Virus record (IMG/VR): IMGVR_UViG_2808606532_000002
Span: 1 to 64,000 of that record
Reading direction: 5' to 3' (one strand)
From: a virus
Taxonomy: Duplodnaviria > Caudoviricetes
Length of the DNA: 64,000 nt
Shown: positions 39,588 through 49,109 of the stretch, one piece after another
Layout: every line of letters starts with the position of its first letter
How positions within the stretch are numbered: the stretch's first letter is position 1
Translations under genes and position numbers: made by a program
Notes under the pieces: generated by a model
Seen by the model: only the letters and a program-made list of their open reading frames with translations
Databases searched by the model: none
Told to the model about the DNA's origin: nothing

Positions 39588-40493
39588 TTAATAATCTACG
39601 TAGAGTGTGGCTTGTGGCTCTTTGAAGTTTACGCCACCAAATACCATGGTTAAACCTGATTGATAAGTTACCAAGTCTTTTTTGCCTGCACCAATCACTG
39701 TTGGCGATTTTGGTACATTCATTTCAACGTAGTTTTTATCGTTGCTGTAAATCAAGGCTCGGGTTTTGCTTGCTTTGGCAATTTTTGCGAAGTTAGATGG
39801 CAAGGCTTGGATTTTAATATCTTTGCCAGCAGCACCTTTGAGCTTTTCTTCTAGCCATTCAAGGGCGGATTTATCCGAATTTGGACGTTCTAACAACGCC
39901 AAGTGGGCTTTATCTGCACTGTCAATCGCAAAGGTATCAGGCACCGCAATGCGGTAGGTTTTTTCTACTGAGCGTAAGAAGATTTCTTCAAAGAATTTAA
40001 CGGCTTCCGCATAATCCATTGCACTAATAGCTTTTTTGACTTTAGGCTCAAATACTTCAATGCCATCCGCATTTAACAAACCTTTTAAGCGAGTATCTAA
40101 GGCGTGACCTAAGAATGCTACTTTTTGCAAGGTTTGATGGGCGTTTTGGTTAAGGGCGTAAAGTTTTTCAGTATTAACTTGAACACCTAATACCGCCGCT
40201 TTTTTCAGTTCAAAATCGTGCCATTCAACCAATTTCATCCAAGTGACTAATGGCACTTTTTTGTGGTTGAAAGTTACACCAACCTGATCGAACACGCTAG
40301 TGTTCATTGAAATCAAACCGCTGTCTAAGTCGCCCGTAATATCTGCACTGAAACTTAAAATTTCATCGGCAAGTTCGCTCCCTTGTGAATTGATATGCAC
40401 AAACTGCGGGAACACAATATCAGGGTATTTTGTGTGGTCGATGCCTGATTGCACCTCGGTCAATGCCGAACGTAAAATATTAATATGTGGCAT
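39588..40493 (-). CDS. Major capsid protein (DUF2184-like)
   Basis: AFLG...GLLN, FGGV...YVDY; synteny. Confidence 0.82.
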   Translation of the reverse strand: MPHINILRSALTEVQSGIDHTKYPDIVFPQFVHINSQGSELADEILSFSADITGDLDSGLISMNTSVFDQVGVTFNHKKVPLVTWMKLVEWHDFELKKAAVLGVQVNTEKLYALNQNAHQTLQKVAFLGHALDTRLKGLLNADGIEVFEPKVKKAISAMDYAEAVKFFEEIFLRSVEKTYRIAVPDTFAIDSADKAHLALLERPNSDKSALEWLEEKLKGAAGKDIKIQALPSNFAKIAKASKTRALIYSNDKNYVEMNVPKSPTVIGAGKKDLVTYQSGLTMVFGGVNFKEPQATLYVDY

Positions 40494-40512
40494 ATTATTT
40501 TATTCCTTTTGG

Positions 40513-40965
40513 TTATAAACGAGTGATTTCTGCAATGTTGCCCGCTACGGTAATCACAATGTAGTCGGTTTCAATGCAGTTGGTTGTGTCTTTGGCTTTT
40601 TGGATAGTGCCCACTTCTTTAGAAGCGTTTGCTACAGCGACAACGTGAACTTTATCGCCACGTTTGAGGTCATCTACACCTTTAGCAATATCTACCCAAA
40701 TGCTATCAGCAGTGCCAATGTGCATTACATCACAAAGCTGACCTTGTGGCGTTTCGTCTTTAATTACATTACGCACCACCACACCAGCAAGGGTATCGGT
40801 TTTAGCTGATAAGGCTTTTACGCCTTTTTCAGATAACGCTACAAAGCGTCCTGCCACTAATGCAGTTTTGCCTTCGTTCATATAAGCGATGGCTTTCGAG
40901 TTAGCTAATCCGCCTTTGCCAATGTTGCCAGCGGTTGCCACTGCGGTATTAATTGCAAATGCCAT
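40513..40965 (-). CDS. Head decoration / cement protein
   Basis: Between protease/scaffold and capsid genes. Confidence 0.65.
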   Translation of the reverse strand: MAFAINTAVATAGNIGKGGLANSKAIAYMNEGKTALVAGRFVALSEKGVKALSAKTDTLAGVVVRNVIKDETPQGQLCDVMHIGTADSIWVDIAKGVDDLKRGDKVHVVAVANASKEVGTIQKAKDTTNCIETDYIVITVAGNIAEITRL

Positions 40966-42059
40966 TATTTTGCTCCTTGGTTGTAAGAGTTGAAATCAAA
41001 GCGTGGTGCTGGTTTTGCATCACCAATTAACACACGCCCTAGGTTTTGGTCTGCGAGTTTTTTCGCTGTGGCTTTCGCTGCCACATAAGCGCCTGCCATT
41101 TCCGCATCAGAAAGAGCTTTTGCTTCGTCTTCGCTAAAAATGCCTGTCGAAACTACCGCACTTTGCTGAATTTCACGTACCGTTGCTTTATCGGCAAAAG
41201 TAACATCAGCAAAATGTACCTTGGCATCTGCCAATAATGCGGTGCGTTTGTTTTCTTCTTCTGTGGATTTTTGAGCATCTTGCAACTGTTTAATTTGTGC
41301 TTTCAGTTGCTCGTTTTCTTGCACTAATGCAGCATCATTCACTTTGGTTTTCTCCTTTGTTTTTTTCTCTTCGTCCTCGTCTTTTTCAACGGGTTTTTCA
41401 GGTTTGGTTTCAGGTTTAGAGGGCTGTTTTTCGCCTTCTTCTTTCTTTTCTTCCTCTTCTACCTTTTGCTTTTGCTCATCTGATAACTTAATACCAAATA
41501 CACCAAGCAAGGCATCAAGGAATTTCACGCTTTTACTCATAATGGATTTATCCTCATCGGCGAATTTAACAGTTGGCCCACATCGCCCTTTCGCCACAAT
41601 AGCGACGTGGTTGCCTATCATAGGCGACATTTCAAAATCAGCATCTTGAACTGTTGTGGTAACAATATCGCAATCGTAACCACAGGAAAGCTCTTCAATG
41701 CCTTCATCTTGAATTAACTTAATGGCGTTTTCGTCATATACCCAAGCTTCAGCCGCTAAAGTATCTCCCACCCGTTTTACATTTCGCACCACGCCTACGG
41801 ATAAATCTTTCCAGTTTTTTGCATTTACCCCTTGTTCTGGGTGTCCAATGGTTAAAGGCACACCCTCAAAACTGGCTAAAGTGCGGTCTGAAAAGAGGGA
41901 GTTTTCCGTACGAGCAACTTTTTTTACTGTGCTGTCTTGCAACCCTAATTCGCTTGCGTGGTAGTCAAATACGCCCACTTTAGAAATGGTTGCAGGCACC
42001 ACCAAATAGCCGTCTTTTGTTACCGCTCTTTGACTTGAGCCTTTGTCTGTGAATTTCAT
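40965..42059 (-). CDS. Prohead protease/scaffold (DUF2213-like)
   Basis: DGYL, PLTIGHP, ELSCGY, NHVAIVAKGRCG, acidic scaffold tail. Confidence 0.88.
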   Translation of the reverse strand: MKFTDKGSSQRAVTKDGYLVVPATISKVGVFDYHASELGLQDSTVKKVARTENSLFSDRTLASFEGVPLTIGHPEQGVNAKNWKDLSVGVVRNVKRVGDTLAAEAWVYDENAIKLIQDEGIEELSCGYDCDIVTTTVQDADFEMSPMIGNHVAIVAKGRCGPTVKFADEDKSIMSKSVKFLDALLGVFGIKLSDEQKQKVEEEEKKEEGEKQPSKPETKPEKPVEKDEDEEKKTKEKTKVNDAALVQENEQLKAQIKQLQDAQKSTEEENKRTALLADAKVHFADVTFADKATVREIQQSAVVSTGIFSEDEAKALSDAEMAGAYVAAKATAKKLADQNLGRVLIGDAKPAPRFDFNSYNQGAK

Positions 42060-42062
42060 TTG

Positions 42063-42293
<231 letters not shown>

Positions 42294-42298
42294 CTAAT

Positions 42299-42670
42299 TT
42301 AGCTGCTTAACATAGACGCTATAATATGTGTTGCAACTTGTTTTATGCTTTCAAAAGACAAATCTAAACTCTTTGTCTTAATAAATGTTTTTAAATCATT
42401 CCATACCGTTTCATTGCGGATTTTGTCTAAAAACTCGTGACCTTGCCAAGTTAAGCTACGTGCAACAAGGGTTAATTCGTTCATTGAAGAATAATCAACC
42501 GCTTCAATTAACCCTGCATCAGATAGCAATTTGAAATGATAAGAGACAGTTTCAGGAGAGTAGCCCACAAAACCATTATCTTTTAACAATCCTCTTGCAT
42601 TCGCTTGTCGCTCTAGTTTTAGTAAAATCTCTCGGATTAAATCCCAGTCTCGTTTCATTTTTTGCTCCAA
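42299..42670 (-). CDS. DUF2513-like protein
   Basis: MKRDWDLIREILL...LTWQGHEFLDKIR. Confidence 0.82.
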   Translation of the reverse strand: MEQKMKRDWDLIREILLKLERQANARGLLKDNGFVGYSPETVSYHFKLLSDAGLIEAVDYSSMNELTLVARSLTWQGHEFLDKIRNETVWNDLKTFIKTKSLDLSFESIKQVATHIIASMLSS

Positions 42671-42739
42671 TAAAAAACCTAGCGGTTGGCTAGGTTTGTA
42701 AAAATTGCTTTAGATTAAGAAATAATCTATACTATAAGC

Positions 42740-42844
42740 ATAGCCATAAATCGATAGGGCATAGGGACGTTTCGGACGTATGCGGATGCAAATCTTTAAG
42801 ATTGGGAATTACGCACTATGTGAGATTTATGGCTTTTTCTTTTT
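42740..42844 (+). ncRNA. Putative structured sRNA convergent with the MuF-nuclease gene
   Basis: TTGCTT(42705)-17-TATACT(42728) promoter; 11-bp closing stem AGCCATAAATC/GATTTATGGCT, internal stems, T tail. Confidence 0.62.
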
Positions 42845-44125
42845 GGATTTTTTCCTAATCCACATTGTTTTCATTGTTAATTTTTTGTGTTTTTTACGCA
42901 CCTCTTGAACAGTAAAGATCTCATCATCAATTTCTTTTCGGATTAAGAATGTATCATTACCTAAGTCGCTAGGTCCAGCATATTCAATGCTATCAAAATT
43001 AGAAATAATCATTGGAAGCAATAAAATATCAGCTTTAGTAACTGCTCGCTGTCCTCTTGCCTGTTCTGTTTTATCGTTACCATGGTGTTTAAATGTGTGG
43101 CGAATACCTGATTCATCTACATTATGTTTCCAGTCTGATATATCTAAACCTATGCTTTCTTTAGCTAATTCAACTAAATCAAATCTAACCACGCCTATAT
43201 CGCTAAATAATTTATTCCCACCGCCACCTATGGATTGTTCAATTAAATCAGCCAAATCCCTTTTACCAGAGATATATCCATTGGATTTTTCTGTTTTTTC
43301 TTCGGCTTGAGGTTTTAGGTTGTCATCCAACACTGGTATCTGCACACACCGACAGTTAATTTCATGCCCTGGATGTCCTGTTTCAGGCGGATCGTCATAG
43401 CTAAAAATCTTGCCGTCATTTTCTGCGTGACTGGTTCTCACTCGTTCATCGCCTGATGTACTCCAGCGGTATTTCTTAATACCAACATCTTGATAGCGAA
43501 CTTGGGTGAGGGTAGCGTTGAGTTTTGATGACTGATCACGAGCAATTAACCTTGCTCTACTTTCAGTTACATTGCCAATTTGTCTAATCTCTTTGGCTAA
43601 ATCCGCATTGAGCTTACCCGTCATAACTGATTGGGTTACTGCGGTTTGCACTTTGTCTAAATACTGATTGCTAATGGATTTAATTAGCTGTGTGTTAGCT
43701 GTGGTGAGCAAATTTACCTTTTCCAGTAGGGCAGGGCTATTGCCTAGAAAACCTTGCAAATTTACGCCTGTTTGACGTTGTAAATTCGCAGTAACTTCTC
43801 GTGTGTTTTGTTGATTACCACGTTTTACAAACTCTTGAGCAAGATTTTCAGCCGTTAAAGAGCGGTCATTTTCCGCTAATTTTTTGACAACGGCTAAAAA
43901 TCGTTGAGTGTCAAAAACCTTGAAACCATTGTCGCTATCCATTAAAAAAGGGGATTGCGGTTGTTGCAATGCCCCTTCTACTTGTTTTCTTAATGCCCCG
44001 ACTAAACCGAGCAACTGGCGACTATACCAAAATTCCGTCTGTTTACTCGTTTTGTTCGGTTTGAACTTGCGTATTTTCGGTTTGTTCTTCTGGTTCTTCC
44101 AAATCTCGGGTAAGTTCATCAACAT
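42827..44125 (-). CDS. MuF/SPP1 gp7-type minor head protein with C-terminal PBECR-type nuclease domain
   Basis: RARLIARDQ, WSTSGDERVRTSH, PGHEINCRC; extension IRHTFKHHG...RGQRAVT...DILLLP...QEVR...MKTMW. Confidence 0.85.
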   Translation of the reverse strand: MLMNLPEIWKNQKNKPKIRKFKPNKTSKQTEFWYSRQLLGLVGALRKQVEGALQQPQSPFLMDSDNGFKVFDTQRFLAVVKKLAENDRSLTAENLAQEFVKRGNQQNTREVTANLQRQTGVNLQGFLGNSPALLEKVNLLTTANTQLIKSISNQYLDKVQTAVTQSVMTGKLNADLAKEIRQIGNVTESRARLIARDQSSKLNATLTQVRYQDVGIKKYRWSTSGDERVRTSHAENDGKIFSYDDPPETGHPGHEINCRCVQIPVLDDNLKPQAEEKTEKSNGYISGKRDLADLIEQSIGGGGNKLFSDIGVVRFDLVELAKESIGLDISDWKHNVDESGIRHTFKHHGNDKTEQARGQRAVTKADILLLPMIISNFDSIEYAGPSDLGNDTFLIRKEIDDEIFTVQEVRKKHKKLTMKTMWIRKKSKKKKP

Positions 44126-45368
44126 TCGCTTGTTCCTCTAACTTGGCAATATCTTCCGCAGAAATTGAGGCAAATAAACCGCTCTCTTTCAGCTCATTTG
44201 CCACTTGAATTTCGGTTAATACGCCACCTTGCACTAATGCCATTGATGCGGTAGCAAAAGTGCCTAGCATCGTAATTTGTTGCTCTTGTTTTAGCTCTTG
44301 TAATGGTAAAAACTCAAACCACCAATCTTGTGGCATTCCACCAAACGCCATTTGGCAGAGTAACGGGTCTAAGCGTTCTAATGCAGGGCGTAAGCGTGCT
44401 TCTTGTAGGCGATGAATGCTTTCGTGGTAGTTTTGGATATCTTCTTCGCCACTAGCAAAACCTGCCGCACTTTGCCCGAATAAAATCGTTACTGGCATAT
44501 CTGCCGCACCTGCCACCGCATTGCGAAACTCAATCAACAAATCACGCAAGCCACCAAAGGCAAGTTCTTTTTGTTCATATTCGTTTTCGATATCCAACAA
44601 TAAGCTATTAGTTGCAGATTTAATCGACTGCACCGAAGAAATCACCTTGGCTACATCATCTTCAAAGCCTGCGGCGATTTTGTCGGAAAGTCCTGCAATT
44701 TTGAACACATCGACTTTGCTCTCGAAAATCAAGTCGCCGATATTGGTGCTTGCTCCGTCAAAGCGTTTAAGTGCGGTTAAAACAGGCTCTAAATCAGAAA
44801 GCCCCCATATCGTATCTTCCGACAAGGGGGCTTCTTTGGCATTGATGATAATCAGTCGGCTGTGATGAATATTAACCGAGCTTTGATTGCCACTAATTTG
44901 ATACTCGGTATATTTACCGAAATTATCCGATAAGATGTTTTCATCTCGCTGACCACTCAAGCCGATTTTCGATTTTGGCAAAATCACTAACCGCTTGAGT
45001 TGTTCGGTTGGTTGCAATGGTGTGGAGAGATTGAATTTATCTGTCACAATCAACACGCCAACCGAGCCATACAAACTCGCCCAAGATAAGGCTTTAGTAA
45101 GTGTTTCTTTGAGCTTGAGTGAACGCTCTAATTTCTCAAAGGTTTCTAATTGCTCTGCGTCTAAATCATTGGAATAAACCTCACGCCAACGTCTTGTCAT
45201 ATCTTGAGGGCGTTTAATGCAGATTTTTTCTGCTACCCAGTTATCCGTCCAGAGTGTATCAAGCTGTTGAGTATCTTGGGTGAGCATTTCACCACGCTGA
45301 TAGCTCGTTGCTTGCTGTTTAAACCCTAATTTAAGAGCAAAGGAACGTAAATCATCTAAAATTTTCAT
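44043..45368 (-). CDS. Portal protein (DUF1073-like)
   Basis: IHHSRL, GAADMPVTILFGQSAAGF, DIQNY; follows terminase. Confidence 0.87.
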   Translation of the reverse strand: MKILDDLRSFALKLGFKQQATSYQRGEMLTQDTQQLDTLWTDNWVAEKICIKRPQDMTRRWREVYSNDLDAEQLETFEKLERSLKLKETLTKALSWASLYGSVGVLIVTDKFNLSTPLQPTEQLKRLVILPKSKIGLSGQRDENILSDNFGKYTEYQISGNQSSVNIHHSRLIIINAKEAPLSEDTIWGLSDLEPVLTALKRFDGASTNIGDLIFESKVDVFKIAGLSDKIAAGFEDDVAKVISSVQSIKSATNSLLLDIENEYEQKELAFGGLRDLLIEFRNAVAGAADMPVTILFGQSAAGFASGEEDIQNYHESIHRLQEARLRPALERLDPLLCQMAFGGMPQDWWFEFLPLQELKQEQQITMLGTFATASMALVQGGVLTEIQVANELKESGLFASISAEDIAKLEEQANVDELTRDLEEPEEQTENTQVQTEQNE

Positions 45369-45371
45369 ACA

Positions 45372-46826
45372 TTAACAGTCCAGTAGGGATTTTGACTTAC
45401 CAAGTAAATCAGAAATAGCCATAACTAAAGCATCTACTTGATCATCATGCTTATGACTATCTGTTGCGGTAAATGCCTCACATTCAGCGATAAAATCAGC
45501 TACCCATGGAGCATTTTCAGGCAAGCAAACATAGCCACTTTCGATATAACCTTGCACACCAAGCACTCTAGTATATTTATCGCTATCAACCTGAACAGGG
45601 CTGATAGGAATGCGACTATTTCGTCTGATGTTCTGAATTAAACTTGTGCCACTCGATTTATCTTCTATGTTTGCCTTTGTTAGCACACCAGTTTCACGAA
45701 TAGCAGAGTGTTTAGCCCACACATCTTTTAGCGTGCGTTCTAAATCAGGTGCTTCCCATTTACCACGAATTAAATCAAGAATATAAACCTTGCCATCATT
45801 ACCTTTACCAGCAACTAAGAAAACAGAGTAGTCGTTATGCTCTTTGGTTTTTTGTGCAGTATCCGCATAAATTGCCTTAATTCGAATAATTGGAGGGATT
45901 TTATAGCGTGCAAACCAATCGCCTTTAATTAAACCACCACCTTTTAAGGTAGGGCGTTGTTGATAAAGTGCGGTCCATGTGTGCGAACCTACCGCATTTT
46001 TGATTTTCATGAGTCGTTCTAAATCAAAACGCTCAGGGTGCAATGGCTCACCTTCTTTTCGATATTCCTCATCTTGCTCTGCGATTGCTGGAAATGAAAT
46101 AACACGCCATTGATCACCGCCATTTTCCATTTCTTGCAACAATCGCCCAGCTAAATCATCTTCGTGCCATCGGGTCATACCTAATAACACACCGCTTTTA
46201 GGTGATAAGCGAGTATAAAGGGTAGTGGTGTACCAATCCCACACGCTATCTCTTACCGTTTGAGAATTAGCTTCTTTGGCATCTTTAACGGGGTCGTCAA
46301 TGATGGCAATATCTGCCCCCATCCCTGTAATACCACCACCCACACCAGCAGAACGATAAGCACCTTTGTGTCCTATAATTTCAAAAATCTCACTATTTCT
46401 AAGAGCTTGACCTGAAATTTTTGCAATTCGTTTATTATTTAACGAGGATTGAGGAAAAATATCGAGGTAACTTTCATCATCCATAATCCGTTGCACATCT
46501 CGGTTCATTCTGCTAGCTAAATCAGCAGAATAAGAACAAGCAATCATCTGTAAATCAGGATTTTTGCCAAATGCCCATGCTGGAAAGCGACGACTAAATA
46601 ATTCACTTTTACCACTTCGAGGAGGGGCAAAAATCATTAAGCGAGGCTGTTTGCCGTCAACAATATCTTGGTAGAATTGTTGTAGCTCACGAGCAATAAT
46701 TTTGTTAAACCAGCCTGTAATGAAATCGGGGTTGGTTTGTGTAGTGAAATCAATCAAATTTCTACGAGCTAACTCATTACTAAGGTTGCTTTCGCTTAAG
46801 CTCTCTAAGAAGTCTAAGTTCATCAT
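45372..46826 (-). CDS. Terminase large subunit
   Basis: PPRSGKSE, IIDDPVKD, MTRWHEDDL, HDDQVD. Confidence 0.93.
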   Translation of the reverse strand: MMNLDFLESLSESNLSNELARRNLIDFTTQTNPDFITGWFNKIIARELQQFYQDIVDGKQPRLMIFAPPRSGKSELFSRRFPAWAFGKNPDLQMIACSYSADLASRMNRDVQRIMDDESYLDIFPQSSLNNKRIAKISGQALRNSEIFEIIGHKGAYRSAGVGGGITGMGADIAIIDDPVKDAKEANSQTVRDSVWDWYTTTLYTRLSPKSGVLLGMTRWHEDDLAGRLLQEMENGGDQWRVISFPAIAEQDEEYRKEGEPLHPERFDLERLMKIKNAVGSHTWTALYQQRPTLKGGGLIKGDWFARYKIPPIIRIKAIYADTAQKTKEHNDYSVFLVAGKGNDGKVYILDLIRGKWEAPDLERTLKDVWAKHSAIRETGVLTKANIEDKSSGTSLIQNIRRNSRIPISPVQVDSDKYTRVLGVQGYIESGYVCLPENAPWVADFIAECEAFTATDSHKHDDQVDALVMAISDLLGKSKSLLDC

Positions 46827-47289
46827 CTGAATACACCGAAAGATCGATTTCTTTTTTCATTTCAATTTTTACCGCACTTCCATCTACACCTGAAATTTCT
46901 TGAGTGACTTTATCGCCATATTTTTTAGGAGCAACTTTAGTAATGTACCACTTGCGGCTATCCACTCTTAATTTAGCAATTTGTACGTCTTCAGGCGTAG
47001 CACAATCGGCAATATCTAAAATTTCATCAAGCAAAAAATCTGCTTGGCTCTCGCGCGCACGCACGTACTGCTCCGAAAATTGATCATTTTCTTGCAACCA
47101 TAGATAAATTGTAGATTGAGCAGGCATACCTGGTCGCTCACAAATCTTGCGTAAACTCTCTCCTTGGGAAAGCAACATACAAATATCATCTGCAACTTCT
47201 TGCATATAAGATGATGGTCGCCCTGTTTTCTTTTTATTGTTCTCACCACGCCCCTTAGACGTGGATTTAACCTCGTCTTTCTTTGGCAT
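46780..47289 (-). CDS. Terminase small subunit
   Basis: GRPS, GESLRKIC..PGMP, LRVDSRKW...PKKYGDK. Confidence 0.9.
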   Translation of the reverse strand: MPKKDEVKSTSKGRGENNKKKTGRPSSYMQEVADDICMLLSQGESLRKICERPGMPAQSTIYLWLQENDQFSEQYVRARESQADFLLDEILDIADCATPEDVQIAKLRVDSRKWYITKVAPKKYGDKVTQEISGVDGSAVKIEMKKEIDLSVYSDDELRLLRELKRKQP

Positions 47290-47304
47290 TGTGGTTAATC
47301 CTTT

Positions 47305-47460
47305 TTACTTTAAAGCATTTAATAAATTTGCAATCGCATTTACAAGTTTAGGGGAAACGAAAGCCAAAATAGGCAACGTTACCGCAAGGCTTATTTGCCA
47401 TAAACCATATTCCATAAGTATCTCCTTGATGGTTACGGTTAAAAATGTAATAATTTCCAC
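47305..47460 (-). CDS. Small dual-start membrane peptide (51 aa from GTG 47460, or 36 aa from ATG 47415)
   Basis: RBS AAGGAACGA and ATCAAGGAG; same layout as 42063..42209. Confidence 0.62.
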   Translation of the reverse strand: MEIITFLTVTIKEILMEYGLWQISLAVTLPILAFVSPKLVNAIANLLNALK

Positions 47461-47533
47461 ATCTCGTTCCTTCTTGTATAGGAAGTTGGAATGAAAAACC
47501 CTAAACACCGCAAATGTTTAAGGTTTATTTTTT
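47461..47533 (+). ncRNA. Putative antisense sRNA to the peptide leader (second copy)
   Basis: TTGATG(47426)-17-AATAAT(47449); terminator-like hairpin 47496-47532. Confidence 0.45.
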
Positions 47534-47538
47534 ACCTC

Positions 47539-47862
47539 TCAATGCTGTGCATTCTCAATCCGCCATTCTCGAATTTTATCAATCTGACTTGCACATAAAT
47601 CTCTTTCAGCCATGACCTTAATTAAATGCTCAATAGCATCACCATAGGTCCTACCACTAAAATCTGACCGCTCACAAGGGATTGTGTAGGCTTGTGGTGG
47701 GAATAAATACTGCGTTTTAACCTGGCTACTGCAACTGCTCAATGACACCGCTAGGCAAGTCAGTGTTAGCACATTGATTGTCTTTAAAGATAACTCTAAC
47801 TTTCTCACGCTTGCTCTCCGCTTGGCTTTTGAATTGATTTGCCAGTTCTCGCTGTTGTTCAA
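47539..47862 (-). CDS. Outer-membrane spanin lipoprotein (Rz1-like)
   Basis: Lipobox LSSC, PPQAYTIPC; true start near 47780. Confidence 0.78.
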   Translation of the reverse strand: MNNSENWQINSKAKRRASVRKLELSLKTINVLTLTCLAVSLSSCSSQVKTQYLFPPQAYTIPCERSDFSGRTYGDAIEHLIKVMAERDLCASQIDKIREWRIENAQH

Positions 47863-48085
47863 TAGCTTTTTGCTCTGCGATAAGCTGATTGTTCAATTGT
47901 TCATTCGTTTTGTTCAATTGCTCAATAGTTTGGGCTTGAGCTTGGTTCGTAGCCTGTAAGCTACTTATCATCTGAGACTGTCGCCACGACCATACCCCCA
48001 AGCCCAAAATCACCGTTAGCAATACAATAATTATTCTATGCGACACGGATAAACCAACAGTCCTAAAAATAGAAACCATCCCCAT
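47726..48085 (-). CDS. Inner-membrane spanin (Rz, DUF2570-like)
   Basis: TM + coiled coil + CANTDLP. Confidence 0.8.
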   Translation of the reverse strand: MGMVSIFRTVGLSVSHRIIIVLLTVILGLGVWSWRQSQMISSLQATNQAQAQTIEQLNKTNEQLNNQLIAEQKAIEQQRELANQFKSQAESKREKVRVIFKDNQCANTDLPSGVIEQLQ

Positions 48086-48153
48086 GGTCCACCTCCTTTT
48101 ATTGCCATATAACCTGCAAATGCGAATAAACAGACACTCGGTAAATAATTCAT
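48031..48153 (-). CDS. 40-aa hydrophobic peptide within lysis cassette
   Basis: MNYLPSVCLFAFAGYMAIKGGGPWGWFLFLGLLVYPCRIE; ATGA overlap with the endolysin stop. Confidence 0.5.
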   Translation of the reverse strand: MNYLPSVCLFAFAGYMAIKGGGPWGWFLFLGLLVYPCRIE

Positions 48154-48692
48154 CTTATCCCCTTAAGGCATAATGACCGCTCTTTCTCACGTCTGATTTC
48201 AAGACCTCGTAATTTACGACCGCTTGAATAAACCCATTTAGATAATTCATTACAAGCTCCAACATAATCACCTTTGCGGATTTTGCGAAACATAGTGGAT
48301 TTACTCGTAGCACCACAACCCACATTAAAAGTTAGTGATGTAGCTGCATCAAATACACCTTGCGGAATGTAATAGCCCTTTGCATATTGATTAACGCAAC
48401 GCTCCGCAATCTTAATATCGTTCTTCCAACGTTCTGCAATTTCTAAATCTGAATAACGTTTATTAGGATTAATGAGTTCTCCGCTATATTCGGTCGACCC
48501 AAGACCAACGGTTAAAACATCAGCAGGGCAAATATAAGGATCACGTCTGCAACCTTCGGCATTGCCAATAATTTCTAACCCTTTTTCACTTGTACGAAAT
48601 TCATTACCAAACTGGTGCTGCATCAAGCCAATAATGGCAACAACAGAACATACACCAATGCCATATTTACCCGCTGTTTTTAATCGGCTCAT
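48150..48692 (-). CDS. Endolysin, GH24 lysozyme
   Basis: AEGCRRDPYICPADVLTVG, GLEIRREKE. Confidence 0.92.
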   Translation of the reverse strand: MSRLKTAGKYGIGVCSVVAIIGLMQHQFGNEFRTSEKGLEIIGNAEGCRRDPYICPADVLTVGLGSTEYSGELINPNKRYSDLEIAERWKNDIKIAERCVNQYAKGYYIPQGVFDAATSLTFNVGCGATSKSTMFRKIRKGDYVGACNELSKWVYSSGRKLRGLEIRREKERSLCLKGIR

Positions 48693-48966
48693 CTCGCAAC
48701 CCTCTTTGTAATTGTTGTTTTTTCAACTCACCCAACTCTCTAAGCTGTTGCATTTCAAGTCGGTGTTTTTCCTCTTCCCTTTCTTCTTGGCGGAGTTTGA
48801 TTTTTCTTTCTTTGAATTTTGAATACATATTCACAAGAGCGGTTAAAATCCCCAATGCCAAACTAATCAACATTAGATTTTGCTGATCACCAAGCCATGC
48901 AAGCCAACCAGTTAAACCATTCCATAAATAACTTTGTGTAGCCGAATCTCTCATAATATTACTCAT
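48667..48966 (-). CDS. Holin
   Basis: TM segment plus charged tail directly upstream of the endolysin. Confidence 0.75.
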   Translation of the reverse strand: MSNIMRDSATQSYLWNGLTGWLAWLGDQQNLMLISLALGILTALVNMYSKFKERKIKLRQEEREEEKHRLEMQQLRELGELKKQQLQRGLRDEPIKNSG

Positions 48967-48991
48967 ACATCACCTCGCTTTTTTGAGGTAA

Positions 48992-49102
48992 TAAAAAGCC
49001 CCAAGCATTTCTGCTCAGGGCTGTGAAAATTCATTCGGTGAACATCACTTATACGATGTCCAGCATTACGGATATATTATATGAATTCACCACCAAATTC
49101 AA
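48992..49102 (-). promoter_or_regulatory. Late promoter pR'-like with short leader and terminator
   Basis: TTGAAT-17-TAATAT after Q; hairpin AGCCCTGAGCAGAAATGCTTGGGGCTTTTT before the holin. Confidence 0.65.
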
Positions 49103-49109
49103 TACCTTT

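Noticed and set aside
42987-43310. Plus-strand 107-aa ORF as a product of the 42705 promoter
   Set aside because: Lies beyond the predicted terminator, lacks an RBS and is a shadow of the MuF gene
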